Origin: a virus
Virus record (IMG/VR): IMGVR_UViG_3300045988_024923
Coordinates: 1-43,421 of that record
Length of the DNA stretch: 43,421 bases
Reading direction: 5' to 3' (one strand)
Below the pieces are notes generated by a model. The model did no database searches. It was not told the DNA's origin and saw nothing but the letters and a program-made list of their open reading frames with translations. The position numbers were made by a program, and so were the translations under genes. Shown piece after piece: positions 27,243 to 34,228 of this stretch. Each line of letters starts with the position of its first letter. Positions within the stretch are counted from its first letter, which is position 1.

Positions 27243-28274
27243 TTATTCCCCCGTCTGTAATTTCATCTGTAATTCTTGCTCAAAATAGCGGTCGAGATCG
27301 TCGGCAACCTGCTTTGATTTCTTACTCATGGTATGCTGATATACATTTTTCAGCATATTATTTGTGGCGTGGCCCATGCGCTCCATGGCGTATTTATCCG
27401 GGACATTCTGTTCCAGCATGACCGAAGCATTCACGTGGCGGAGATCGTGGAACCGGAAGGGGGCGATATTATTTCGGGCACAGGCGCGGCGGAGGTGGTT
27501 ATACATGGCGTTGCGGGTATAGTGGACAATAAACTGGTCCGTTTTCGGGGCGGCATCCAGCAAGCCTTTGATATATGGCGGGATTTGCAGACGCCGATTG
27601 CCGCTGTATGTTTTCGGCTGCTTTAACTCAGGCCCGTTTTCACCTTCAACGAGTGCTTGCTTGATGATAAGCGTATTCCCATCAATGCAATCCCATGTCA
27701 GGCCGCGAATCTCCGATGTTCTCAGGCCAAGCCAGACGGCCAGCAGAAACGGCAGCTCAAATTGTTTCCCACGGCAATCCTCATGCAGTGTCCGGATCTG
27801 GTCCATGGTGGGGATTTGGATTTTTGGAGCTTCCTTCTGTGGCAGCGTAATGCGGAATATCCGATCTGGGAAATATTCTGCCATTGCTGCGGTGAACAAC
27901 CCGTAGGCATTGCGGACGTATTTAGGCGATTTGGAGCGAGCCATTTTATTAACGGCCCGTTGTACACGCTCTTGCGAAATGCTATCCGCTGGATCATCCA
28001 TGATTTCCTGGAAAACGGATTTGCGGAGCTTTTTATACCCATTGATCGTAGTAGGGGATAGAACGGTATCTTTGCTGGAAATGTATCTATCGATTACTTC
28101 TCCAACGGTGAACTTTGTTTTTATCTTGGCGGCTTTGGCACCAGACTTGATGGCGGCAGCTTCATTTTCAGCTTCTCGCTTGGTCGGAGCCGTGATGGAG
28201 AGACGCTTCCCGTCTATCATGATGTTGATATACCATGAGCCGGACGGCAGCTTTACTGCCTTTGGTATCTTCAT
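27243..28274 (-). CDS. int: Tyrosine integrase
   Basis: 343 aa. C-terminal catalytic pattern LRTSEIRGL ... FRFHDLRHV ... MGHATNNMLKNVYQHT. Confidence 0.95.
   Translation of the reverse strand: MKIPKAVKLPSGSWYINIMIDGKRLSITAPTKREAENEAAAIKSGAKAAKIKTKFTVGEVIDRYISSKDTVLSPTTINGYKKLRKSVFQEIMDDPADSISQERVQRAVNKMARSKSPKYVRNAYGLFTAAMAEYFPDRIFRITLPQKEAPKIQIPTMDQIRTLHEDCRGKQFELPFLLAVWLGLRTSEIRGLTWDCIDGNTLIIKQALVEGENGPELKQPKTYSGNRRLQIPPYIKGLLDAAPKTDQFIVHYTRNAMYNHLRRACARNNIAPFRFHDLRHVNASVMLEQNVPDKYAMERMGHATNNMLKNVYQHTMSKKSKQVADDLDRYFEQELQMKLQTGE
27252..27274 (-). repeat. Two more copies of the (C/G)TCTGTAATT repeat inside the integrase 3' end
   Basis: Direct observation. Confidence 0.5.
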
Positions 28275-28275
28275 A

Positions 28276-28710
28276 TTATTCCCTCCAAAAACCGATATTC
28301 AAAGCGTGCATATCCACAAATACGCACCAGCACAACAGCAGGCCGATTGCTATGCCCATAATCAAAATCACGCAGTTCCGAATCCGCAGACCCTTTTCCA
28401 GGACGTGAATGGTATAGTTTTGCAGGCCGATGGTCTGCCGCTTATTTTCAAGGCGGTGTTCCAGCCCATCCTTTTCCGCCTGTAAGGTTTCTTCCGTGGC
28501 GGTACAGTGATCGCCAATACCAAAAAATGCGTCCAAAGACACCCCCAGCGCCGCACAGATACCAGCTGTGGTATAAAGAGCCGGGGATTTGGACGCATGG
28601 GCGAAGAAATTATTAACGGTGGAGAGGGGGATGTTTGAAGCATCGGCAATGTCCTGGGCCGTCATGCCCAGCGCGTTCTTTTTTTCTCTGCATAATTCCT
28701 GAATCGTCAA
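28276..28710 (-). CDS. Membrane-anchored XRE-family HTH protein, translationally coupled to int
   Basis: TTG 28710 lies 6 nt after AGGAGGGGG (alternative ATG 28740). HTH segment GMTAQDIADASNIPLSTVNNF. C-terminal TM segment CVILIMGIAIGLLLCWCVFV. Confidence 0.65.
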   Translation of the reverse strand: MTIQELCREKKNALGMTAQDIADASNIPLSTVNNFFAHASKSPALYTTAGICAALGVSLDAFFGIGDHCTATEETLQAEKDGLEHRLENKRQTIGLQNYTIHVLEKGLRIRNCVILIMGIAIGLLLCWCVFVDMHALNIGFWRE

Positions 28711-28929
28711 AAAAATACCCCCTCCTGCATAATCAGGCATGATATGGACAGGCAGAGTACCAATTTTGGTTTTGTAACAATTTGTCGGATGGTGTCGAAT
28801 ACCCAAATTTGAAAATTGCTCTACCTACCCTGTTTCTGTTACGGTTACATCACGGCAAGCCGATGCCCCCGGCTTGCTGCCCCCGGCTCCGCCGCTTGTT
28901 GCAGAGGCGGCGGGGCAGGGGGAGTGAAA

Positions 28930-29847
28930 TCAATCCCAGCATCCGGAATGCTTTGGGTAACCAAGCCATTCACAATACTCTACATTGTGTGCATAGAAGC
29001 CATCTGACGCACAATCCTCAAAGGGAAACTGAGAGCAATTATAGCTATGGCAATATTTGGACCCATCATAAATAAAGCCGATGTATGTTTTCATCGCAAA
29101 GGCTTCTGGGGCAATTTCATCAATCATATTGTCCCTAACATTGATGTCATCCTGTGCATCTGCGAGTTGTTTTTGCAAAGTTGAACGGGATTCTTTAAGA
29201 TTCTGAATCAATGTATCCTTATCAGCTAAGTCTTCTTCTATCTTAGCTAATTGAGTTTGCGTATTGACCTTCAAGTAAGCCTGCACGGCGTTTCCCGCAA
29301 GGCTGGCAATACAAATCGCGGCCAACACCACAAAGAGAACGTTATTTCGCTTGGACGGCTTCGGCTGGGATGGTGGCTCCGAGGGAACAGAATCATCAAC
29401 AATCGGTTTTGGTGGGCCGGACAATTTGAAATCTGGGGCATAAGTCAGCACAACAGGCTTCGGCTCTTCAACGGGCGTTTCACTGATAACCTCGCCGGTG
29501 GCATCGTCCACAACAAACTGCTTCATTTGGGCTTCCTGCTGGATGTAGGTTTCGGAGGGAATGGCTTTTGCCCGCTGATCAAAATTCTTTTTATTGATCC
29601 GATAGAAAACAGTTCCCCATATAATGGCCGGGGTAAAACTTCCAACTTGTCTTAGCCCAAGCAAAGACATGATGATATTAAAGGTGAAAGAAACTATAAT
29701 CGTGTAGATGATATGAAACCACTTTAGCTTTTTGGGAGATATTGGCCCCTTATGAAATTCTAAAAGGAGAATTGGTCCTAATCCGTAGGCGATGACAGTA
29801 ACAAGAAAATCAGCTAAAAACGATGTAATAAATTTCCCTGCATCCAT
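28930..29847 (-). CDS. Low-GC multi-pass membrane protein with coiled coil and C-terminal Cys/His domain (moron candidate)
   Basis: 305 aa: three N-terminal TM segments, a Pro-rich linker, a fourth TM, a coiled coil, and a C-terminal KYCHSYNC...C...C segment. Hand-counted GC in 29101-29220 is about 39%. Confidence 0.7.
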   Translation of the reverse strand: MDAGKFITSFLADFLVTVIAYGLGPILLLEFHKGPISPKKLKWFHIIYTIIVSFTFNIIMSLLGLRQVGSFTPAIIWGTVFYRINKKNFDQRAKAIPSETYIQQEAQMKQFVVDDATGEVISETPVEEPKPVVLTYAPDFKLSGPPKPIVDDSVPSEPPSQPKPSKRNNVLFVVLAAICIASLAGNAVQAYLKVNTQTQLAKIEEDLADKDTLIQNLKESRSTLQKQLADAQDDINVRDNMIDEIAPEAFAMKTYIGFIYDGSKYCHSYNCSQFPFEDCASDGFYAHNVEYCEWLGYPKHSGCWD

Positions 29848-29889
29848 TTATATCCCCCCGCACAACTTTTAGCTTCTAATAAATTCTGG

Positions 29890-29918
29890 TTGCAATCTCA
29901 AAACAGAAGTACTATACT
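29890..29918 (+). promoter_or_regulatory. Sigma-70-type promoter (TTGCAA, 17 nt spacer, TATACT)
   Basis: -35 at 29890-29895 and -10 at 29913-29918. Confidence 0.65.
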
Positions 29919-29963
29919 CAAAACATGAATCGAACGAATGTACGAACGAAAGGAGCGCGGAAC

Positions 29964-30125
29964 ATGGACGAGGAAAGGATCAGGCAGTTGCTCACGCTAT
30001 ACCGGCAGTTGACGCCGGAGGAGCAACTTACATATCTTGAACGGCTCCGCGCTTCGCTGCCTGCGCTAAATACGCAAGCTCTTCCTGCTGACGCTCCGGC
30101 GAAAGCTGGCGGAACAAATCAATAA
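29964..30125 (+). CDS. Small ORF (53 aa; 66 aa if leaderless from ATG 29925) convergent with and overlapping the repressor 3' end
   Basis: SD AAAGGAG lies 8 nt upstream. The ORF has its own promoter and terminator. Its peptide LYRQLTPEEQLTYL resembles the repressor tail. Confidence 0.55.
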   Translation: MDEERIRQLLTLYRQLTPEEQLTYLERLRASLPALNTQALPADAPAKAGGTNQ

Positions 30126-30375
30126 GCAGTTTTTCGTTCACGCTCTCGGCCTGCGGGCCGGGGGCGTTTTCTTTTTCCCCGGTGAGAACCCGCTCCACCG
30201 ACACGCCGAAGTAATCGGCTATTTTTTTTGCGGTTTCGGCGTTAATGCTTTTCGTTCGCCCTGCTTTCAGCCCAGTCATTAGGCTTTTGCTGGTTCCAAT
30301 GTCTAAGCACATTTTACCGCCGCTGACCTTATGTTCATCACAAAGGGCCTTGATATTTTCATACAAAGTTGCCAA
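30028..30375 (-). CDS. CI-like XRE-family repressor
   Basis: TTG 30375 lies 5 nt after GGAGGTG. HTH segment GGKMCLDIGTSKSLMTGLKAG. Divergent from the early genes. Confidence 0.75.
   Translation of the reverse strand: MATLYENIKALCDEHKVSGGKMCLDIGTSKSLMTGLKAGRTKSINAETAKKIADYFGVSVERVLTGEKENAPGPQAESVNEKLLIDLFRQLSPERQQEELAYLAQAAKRGAVQDM
30141..30176 (+). terminator. Rho-independent terminator located inside the repressor gene on the opposite strand
   Basis: 11-bp stem 30141-30151/30156-30166 (two G-U pairs), loop TGCG, followed directly by TTTTCTTTTT. Confidence 0.7.
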
Positions 30376-30432
30376 TATTGCACCTCCATTTTTGGGCACA
30401 ACGGAAAAAGTGCAAAATTTAGCATTTACCTC

Positions 30433-30461
30433 TTGCAAAGTGCGGAATTACGCACTATACT
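30433..30461 (+). promoter_or_regulatory. Rightward promoter (TTGCAA, 17 nt spacer, TATACT)
   Basis: -35 at 30433-30438 and -10 at 30456-30461. Confidence 0.65.
30439..30456. promoter_or_regulatory. Operator candidate: palindrome AGTGCG-GAATTA-CGCACT in the promoter spacer
   Basis: Perfect 6-bp arms. Related GTGCA/TGCAC half-sites occur at 30410, 30484 and 30520. Confidence 0.5.
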
Positions 30462-30513
30462 AAACGCATGAGGTACGAAAAATTGCACGTCATGTAACTT
30501 TTAACCTAATTAC

Positions 30514-30541
30514 ATTATAGTGCATTTTTTCGAACTGTCAA
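30514..30541 (-). promoter_or_regulatory. Leftward consensus promoter (TTGACA, 16 nt spacer, TATAAT) facing the rightward promoter
   Basis: Read on the minus strand: -35 at 30541-30536 and -10 at 30519-30514. Confidence 0.65.
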
Positions 30542-30565
30542 GGACTTTTGCGAAAGGAGGACGGG

Positions 30566-30874
30566 ATGGACGAACGAATTGAGTGGGGACCTCGCAAGCG
30601 GTACGCATACGAAGCAGCCAAGCAGACAGGGCTTTGCGGAGACAACGCAAAGGACGCCGCACGGTTTCAGCTTTTCTGGCAGGTGTATCTGGATATGTCC
30701 AGTGACTTTGAAGCCGCGCAGCAGATTTACACACTGTCACTGCTTGATGATGAGCGTGAGAAGCGAGCTGATGACTGCGCTTACTATCGAAAGAACAATC
30801 GTTATAATGCGATCCTTCTTACGCTCTGCTTTCTCATTGGCGCGGCGGGCGGCATCATCGCGCGCCTGCTGTAA
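30566..30874 (+). CDS. Hypothetical protein with C-terminal TM tail
   Basis: RBS AAAGGAGG. 102 aa ending in the TM segment AILLTLCFLIGAAGGIIARLL. Confidence 0.6.
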   Translation: MDERIEWGPRKRYAYEAAKQTGLCGDNAKDAARFQLFWQVYLDMSSDFEAAQQIYTLSLLDDEREKRADDCAYYRKNNRYNAILLTLCFLIGAAGGIIARLL

Positions 30875-31078
30875 GGCTTCGGTTCCCTTTGGGGTGAGCT
30901 TATAGCAGCCAGAGGATGCGGACAGAAGCCCGGAGCCTGACAGGTACATCAGCAGATGGCGGGACAGCGTTAAATCGTAAGTTTTCTGCAGGGCGGACAG
31001 GATATCTGTTTCTGCGGAGCGTGGGTGCGCGGCGATGTATTCCAGTATGGTATGGGCGTGATCGGAAACTGTGGTCAT
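30737..31078 (-). CDS. Winged-helix (MarR-like) protein with C-terminal TM tail, overlapping the 30566 gene by 138 nt
   Basis: RBS AAAGGAGGG 5 nt before ATG 31078. wHTH-like segment ILEYIAAHPRSAETDILSAL...YKLTPKG. TM segment IITIVLSIVSAVISSLLTLII. Confidence 0.6.
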   Translation of the reverse strand: MTTVSDHAHTILEYIAAHPRSAETDILSALQKTYDLTLSRHLLMYLSGSGLLSASSGCYKLTPKGTEALQQARDDAARRANEKAERKKDRIITIVLSIVSAVISSLLTLIIKQ

Positions 31079-31147
31079 AACAACCCTCCTTTTCCGACAG
31101 AATACCGCAAAAGTTCCAAAAAGTAAACGAGAAAGGAGACAGAAAGC

Positions 31148-31345
31148 GTGTTTTACGAGCACATGAAGGCAGTATGCAAGAAAAAGCACACCAGCCCGTC
31201 GGCGGTGTGTCTGGCGCTGGGGATGAGCAAGAGCAACGTGACCAACTGGAAGAACGGCGGATGGCCCCGGTTGGACGTGGTGATGGAAATGGCGAAGGTG
31301 CTGAACGTTCCTCCGGCACGGCTGATCCCGAAGGAGGACAAATGA
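31148..31345 (+). CDS. Cro-like XRE HTH protein
   Basis: GTG start 8 nt after AAAGGAGA. HTH segment SPSAVCLALGMSKSNVTNWKNG. Confidence 0.75.
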   Translation: MFYEHMKAVCKKKHTSPSAVCLALGMSKSNVTNWKNGGWPRLDVVMEMAKVLNVPPARLIPKEDK

Positions 31346-31449
31346 GTGCAAAAAAATGCCCCGTCCGGTGGATCAGACCGGGCGGAGCGTAAGCAGAACA
31401 AAGGGAGTTGTTCTTGTGCTGAGTATAGCACAGGGGAAAGGAAAAAGCA

Positions 31450-31704
31450 ATGCCGAAAGTAAAGTTGAATCGGGATATGCGGCAGGAGCGGATCGACTTC
31501 CGCCGGAACCTGATCGAAAGCAAGGCACATTTACGGGGATACCGGAACCAGCGGAGCATGGAACGGGCTATGGGCCTGCCGGACGCATGGGTCAGTAAGC
31601 GAATCTGCGGCATAACGCGCATGACGCTGGATGACCTGGACAAGCTGGACAAGCTTTTGAAATTTGACGCGCAGGAGTTGGCGCAGTTAGTGAGGTGCCG
31701 GTGA
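31450..31704 (+). CDS. Hypothetical early protein (possible HTH)
   Basis: 84 aa; weak RBS GGAAAGG. Confidence 0.5.
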   Translation: MPKVKLNRDMRQERIDFRRNLIESKAHLRGYRNQRSMERAMGLPDAWVSKRICGITRMTLDDLDKLDKLLKFDAQELAQLVRCR

Positions 31705-31808
31705 TGGATCGGAGTTTGTTTTTTATAATTCTGGGCGTGGCGTATGCGGCCACGTGGCCCTTCAAGATCGTGGATTTCATTGAGAGGAGGGGACGGCATG
31801 AAGCGTGA
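31704..31808 (+). CDS. Micro-ORF, 34-aa hydrophobic peptide
   Basis: TGATG coupling to the upstream gene. Peptide MDRSLFFIILGVAYAATWPF... Not in the ORF track. Confidence 0.35.
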   Translation: MDRSLFFIILGVAYAATWPFKIVDFIERRGRHEA

Positions 31809-31920
31809 CAGACGGACGCGGGAGCAGCGGAAGACGGATGCCTCCGCATGGATGGGCTTCATGTGCTTTCTGGCGCTTTTATTGATTGCCCTGTCGTATA
31901 TGGTGGTGAGTGCGAGATGA
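31798..31920 (+). CDS. Micro-ORF, 40-aa basic N-terminus plus TM peptide
   Basis: RBS GAGGAGGGG. Peptide MKRDRRTREQRKTDASAWMGFMCFLALLLIALSYMVV. The stop overlaps the next start. Confidence 0.4.
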   Translation: MKRDRRTREQRKTDASAWMGFMCFLALLLIALSYMVVSAR

Positions 31921-32117
31921 ACGAAAGGAATCGAAAAGAGCGGATGCTGCTATCGCCCTGCCCAGTGTGCGGGACGGACAGCGGTGAGCGGGTGCAATCC
32001 ACGGACGCACCGTTTAAGCATTACGTGCGCTGCGGGTTCTGCGGGGCCAAGACCGGCGGTTACACCAGCCAGAACAGCGCCACGAAGGCGTGGCAGAGAG
32101 GGGATGCGTGGAAATGA
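31917..32117 (+). CDS. Lar-family (restriction alleviation-like) zinc-ribbon protein
   Basis: CPVCG ... RCGFCGAKT ... ATKAWQRG pattern. Confidence 0.6.
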   Translation: MNERNRKERMLLSPCPVCGTDSGERVQSTDAPFKHYVRCGFCGAKTGGYTSQNSATKAWQRGDAWK

Positions 32118-32323
32118 GATGCAAGGTATATCCGGTGTGCGCCCACTGTTCCACGGTGATGGACCCCGGCCTTTACGATGACGTGGCCCCTGGGTTCCTG
32201 GTGAACGGCGAGTGCTACTGCCCGGAGTGCTTCAAGGAGTGGATGAAGGATGCGGTGGACAGCGACCCGGAGACCGTGGCACAGGCCATGGGGGTGGCGA
32301 TCATCGACATCCCGGAGGGCTGA
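32114..32323 (+). CDS. Small zinc-ribbon protein
   Basis: ATGA coupling; CAHC ... CPEC. Confidence 0.5.
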   Translation: MRCKVYPVCAHCSTVMDPGLYDDVAPGFLVNGECYCPECFKEWMKDAVDSDPETVAQAMGVAIIDIPEG

Positions 32324-32324
32324 T

Positions 32325-32543
32325 ATGACGCAGTGTGAGCGGATTTTGAAGTATCTGGATGAACACGGCAGCATCACACGGGCCGAGGCCATGAGTGAGT
32401 GCGGGATCGCCAATTTCACGGCGCGGGTCTCTGACTTGCGGAGGGGCGGCGTGGCGCTTGACGTGGAGACGGTCACACAGAAGAACCGCTACGGCGAGAT
32501 TGTCCGGTTCGCCCGGTATCGGAGGGTTAGTGATGGGGAATAG
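32325..32543 (+). CDS. Small winged-helix DNA-binding protein
   Basis: RBS GGAGGG. Pattern ILKYLDEHGSITRAEAMSECGIANFTARVSDLRRGG. Confidence 0.6.
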   Translation: MTQCERILKYLDEHGSITRAEAMSECGIANFTARVSDLRRGGVALDVETVTQKNRYGEIVRFARYRRVSDGE

Positions 32544-32742
32544 CTGCCTATTTTACACACGGGCCACCGTGGATATCAATTTTCCGGAGGACCATGTGTG
32601 CTGCGCACTGTGCCCTTTGCTGGAAACCTATTCCCGGCTGCAATGCCGGAGGACGGGAGAGTACCTGTTAGACACGAAGGGGCGGGGGATGTACTGCCCG
32701 TTGAATTTGGAGGATGAACATGGAGAATCTGGGGATTTATGA
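32533..32742 (+). CDS. Small Cys-rich hypothetical protein
   Basis: RBS GGAGGG before GTGATG; 69 aa. Confidence 0.45.
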   Translation: MGNSCLFYTRATVDINFPEDHVCCALCPLLETYSRLQCRRTGEYLLDTKGRGMYCPLNLEDEHGESGDL

Positions 32743-33403
32743 GCGGGTTCGGCAGGTGCCGGAGGCCGCCAAGCGGGCCATTCAGGCGGGGCGGTTGAAG
32801 GGTAAGACCGATATCAACCCCATGTGGCGCATCAAGGCGCTGACGGAGCAGTTCGGCCCCTGCGGAATCGGCTGGAAGTATGTTATCACGGACAAGCGGT
32901 TGGAGCAGGGGGCCAACAACGAGGTTGCCGCATTTCTGGACATCGACCTGTTTGTCAAGGTAGACGGGGCGTGGTCGGAAGCTATCCCCGGCACCGGCGG
33001 CAGCGCCTTTGTAGCAAGCGAGCGGAACGGGCTGTATACCTCGGACGAATGCTTCAAGATGGCTCTTACGGACGCAATTTCTGTGGCCTGTAAGGCGCTG
33101 GGCTTTGGTGCGGATGTGTACTGGGATAAGGACAGCACCAAGTATGACCGAGGCGCAGAACCTCAGCAGCGGCCCCAGAAAGCGGCCATTCCGCCCCAGC
33201 AGAAGCCCGGATACAGACTTCCTCCGCAGGGCGATGCCACCGTTATCTGTGAACGCTGTGGCGGTCAGGTGATGGATTACTTTGACGGCAGGGCCACGGT
33301 GAAGGCGGCGCGTCTGGCGGCACGAGCGAAGCAGCTGTACGGCTATTCGCTGTGCGAGAAGTGCGTAGCTGATGCCAAGGAGGCCAACGATGCAGCAGGT
33401 TAA
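32720..33403 (+). CDS. Rad52/Sak-type single-strand annealing protein with C-terminal zinc ribbon
   Basis: RBS GGAGGA. Motifs NPMWRIKALTEQFGPCGIGWKY and ALTDAISVACKALGFGADVY. Confidence 0.65.
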   Translation: MENLGIYERVRQVPEAAKRAIQAGRLKGKTDINPMWRIKALTEQFGPCGIGWKYVITDKRLEQGANNEVAAFLDIDLFVKVDGAWSEAIPGTGGSAFVASERNGLYTSDECFKMALTDAISVACKALGFGADVYWDKDSTKYDRGAEPQQRPQKAAIPPQQKPGYRLPPQGDATVICERCGGQVMDYFDGRATVKAARLAARAKQLYGYSLCEKCVADAKEANDAAG

Positions 33404-33923
33404 TGCCACATCGTTCCGCTGGACGATGGATACCGCCGGTGACTGGCTGTGCATCCAGACCAACAAGGCGCGACAGGTGCTTGACACGCTGAAAGAGGGC
33501 AAGTCCTATGACGTGGAGATCAAGGAACACCGGGAGAAGCGGAGCCTCGACGCGAATGCGTACTTCTGGGTTCTGGTTGACCGGCTGGCTGAAAAGCTGC
33601 GGATTCCCAAAACGGAAATCTACCGACGGTATATCCGAGAGATCGGCGGCAATCATGAAATGGTCTGCGTGATCGATTCAGCCGTGGAAAAGCTGCGGAA
33701 CGGGTGGGAACACAATGGGCTTGGCTGGCAGACGGATACCATGGCAAGCAGGATCCCCGGCTGCACCAACGTGATTTTGTATTACGGCTCCAGCACCTAC
33801 AACACCCGGCAAATGTCACATTTGATTGATATGGCGGTGCAGGACTGCGTGGAGCAAGGCATTGAGACCCTGTCTCCGGGCAAGCTGGCAGGGATGATGG
33901 AGGAATGGGGATGCACAAAATGA
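33390..33923 (+). CDS. NinB/Orf-like recombination mediator
   Basis: RBS AAGGAGG. KRSLDANAYFW and GSSTYNTRQMSHLID parallel the lambda NinB motifs RSLDQN and GQSTSRM. Confidence 0.55.
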   Translation: MQQVNATSFRWTMDTAGDWLCIQTNKARQVLDTLKEGKSYDVEIKEHREKRSLDANAYFWVLVDRLAEKLRIPKTEIYRRYIREIGGNHEMVCVIDSAVEKLRNGWEHNGLGWQTDTMASRIPGCTNVILYYGSSTYNTRQMSHLIDMAVQDCVEQGIETLSPGKLAGMMEEWGCTK

Positions 33924-34228
33924 CAAAGGCCACGTCCATTCCGCGATCCGTGAAGGTTGTTGTATGGGCGCGGGACAATCACCAGTGCGTGATCTGCGGG
34001 TCTCCCGCAGGCGCGCCGGTGGCCCATGTGGTACGGCGTTCGCAGGGCGGCAGAGGGATCGAGCAGAACATTGCAACCCTCTGCCCCCGCTGCCACCGCC
34101 TGTTTGACGAGGGGCCATTACGAGACCGCGAGCGCATCTATGTGCGGCTGGTTGCGTATATGAAAGCATTTTACCCGGATTGGAACCGGGAGGACATGAT
34201 TTACAGAAAGGGAGCTATTTCATGCTGA
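33911..34228 (+). CDS. HNH endonuclease
   Basis: CVICG ... HVVRRSQGG ... NIATLCPRCH. Confidence 0.8.
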   Translation: MHKMTKATSIPRSVKVVVWARDNHQCVICGSPAGAPVAHVVRRSQGGRGIEQNIATLCPRCHRLFDEGPLRDRERIYVRLVAYMKAFYPDWNREDMIYRKGAISC

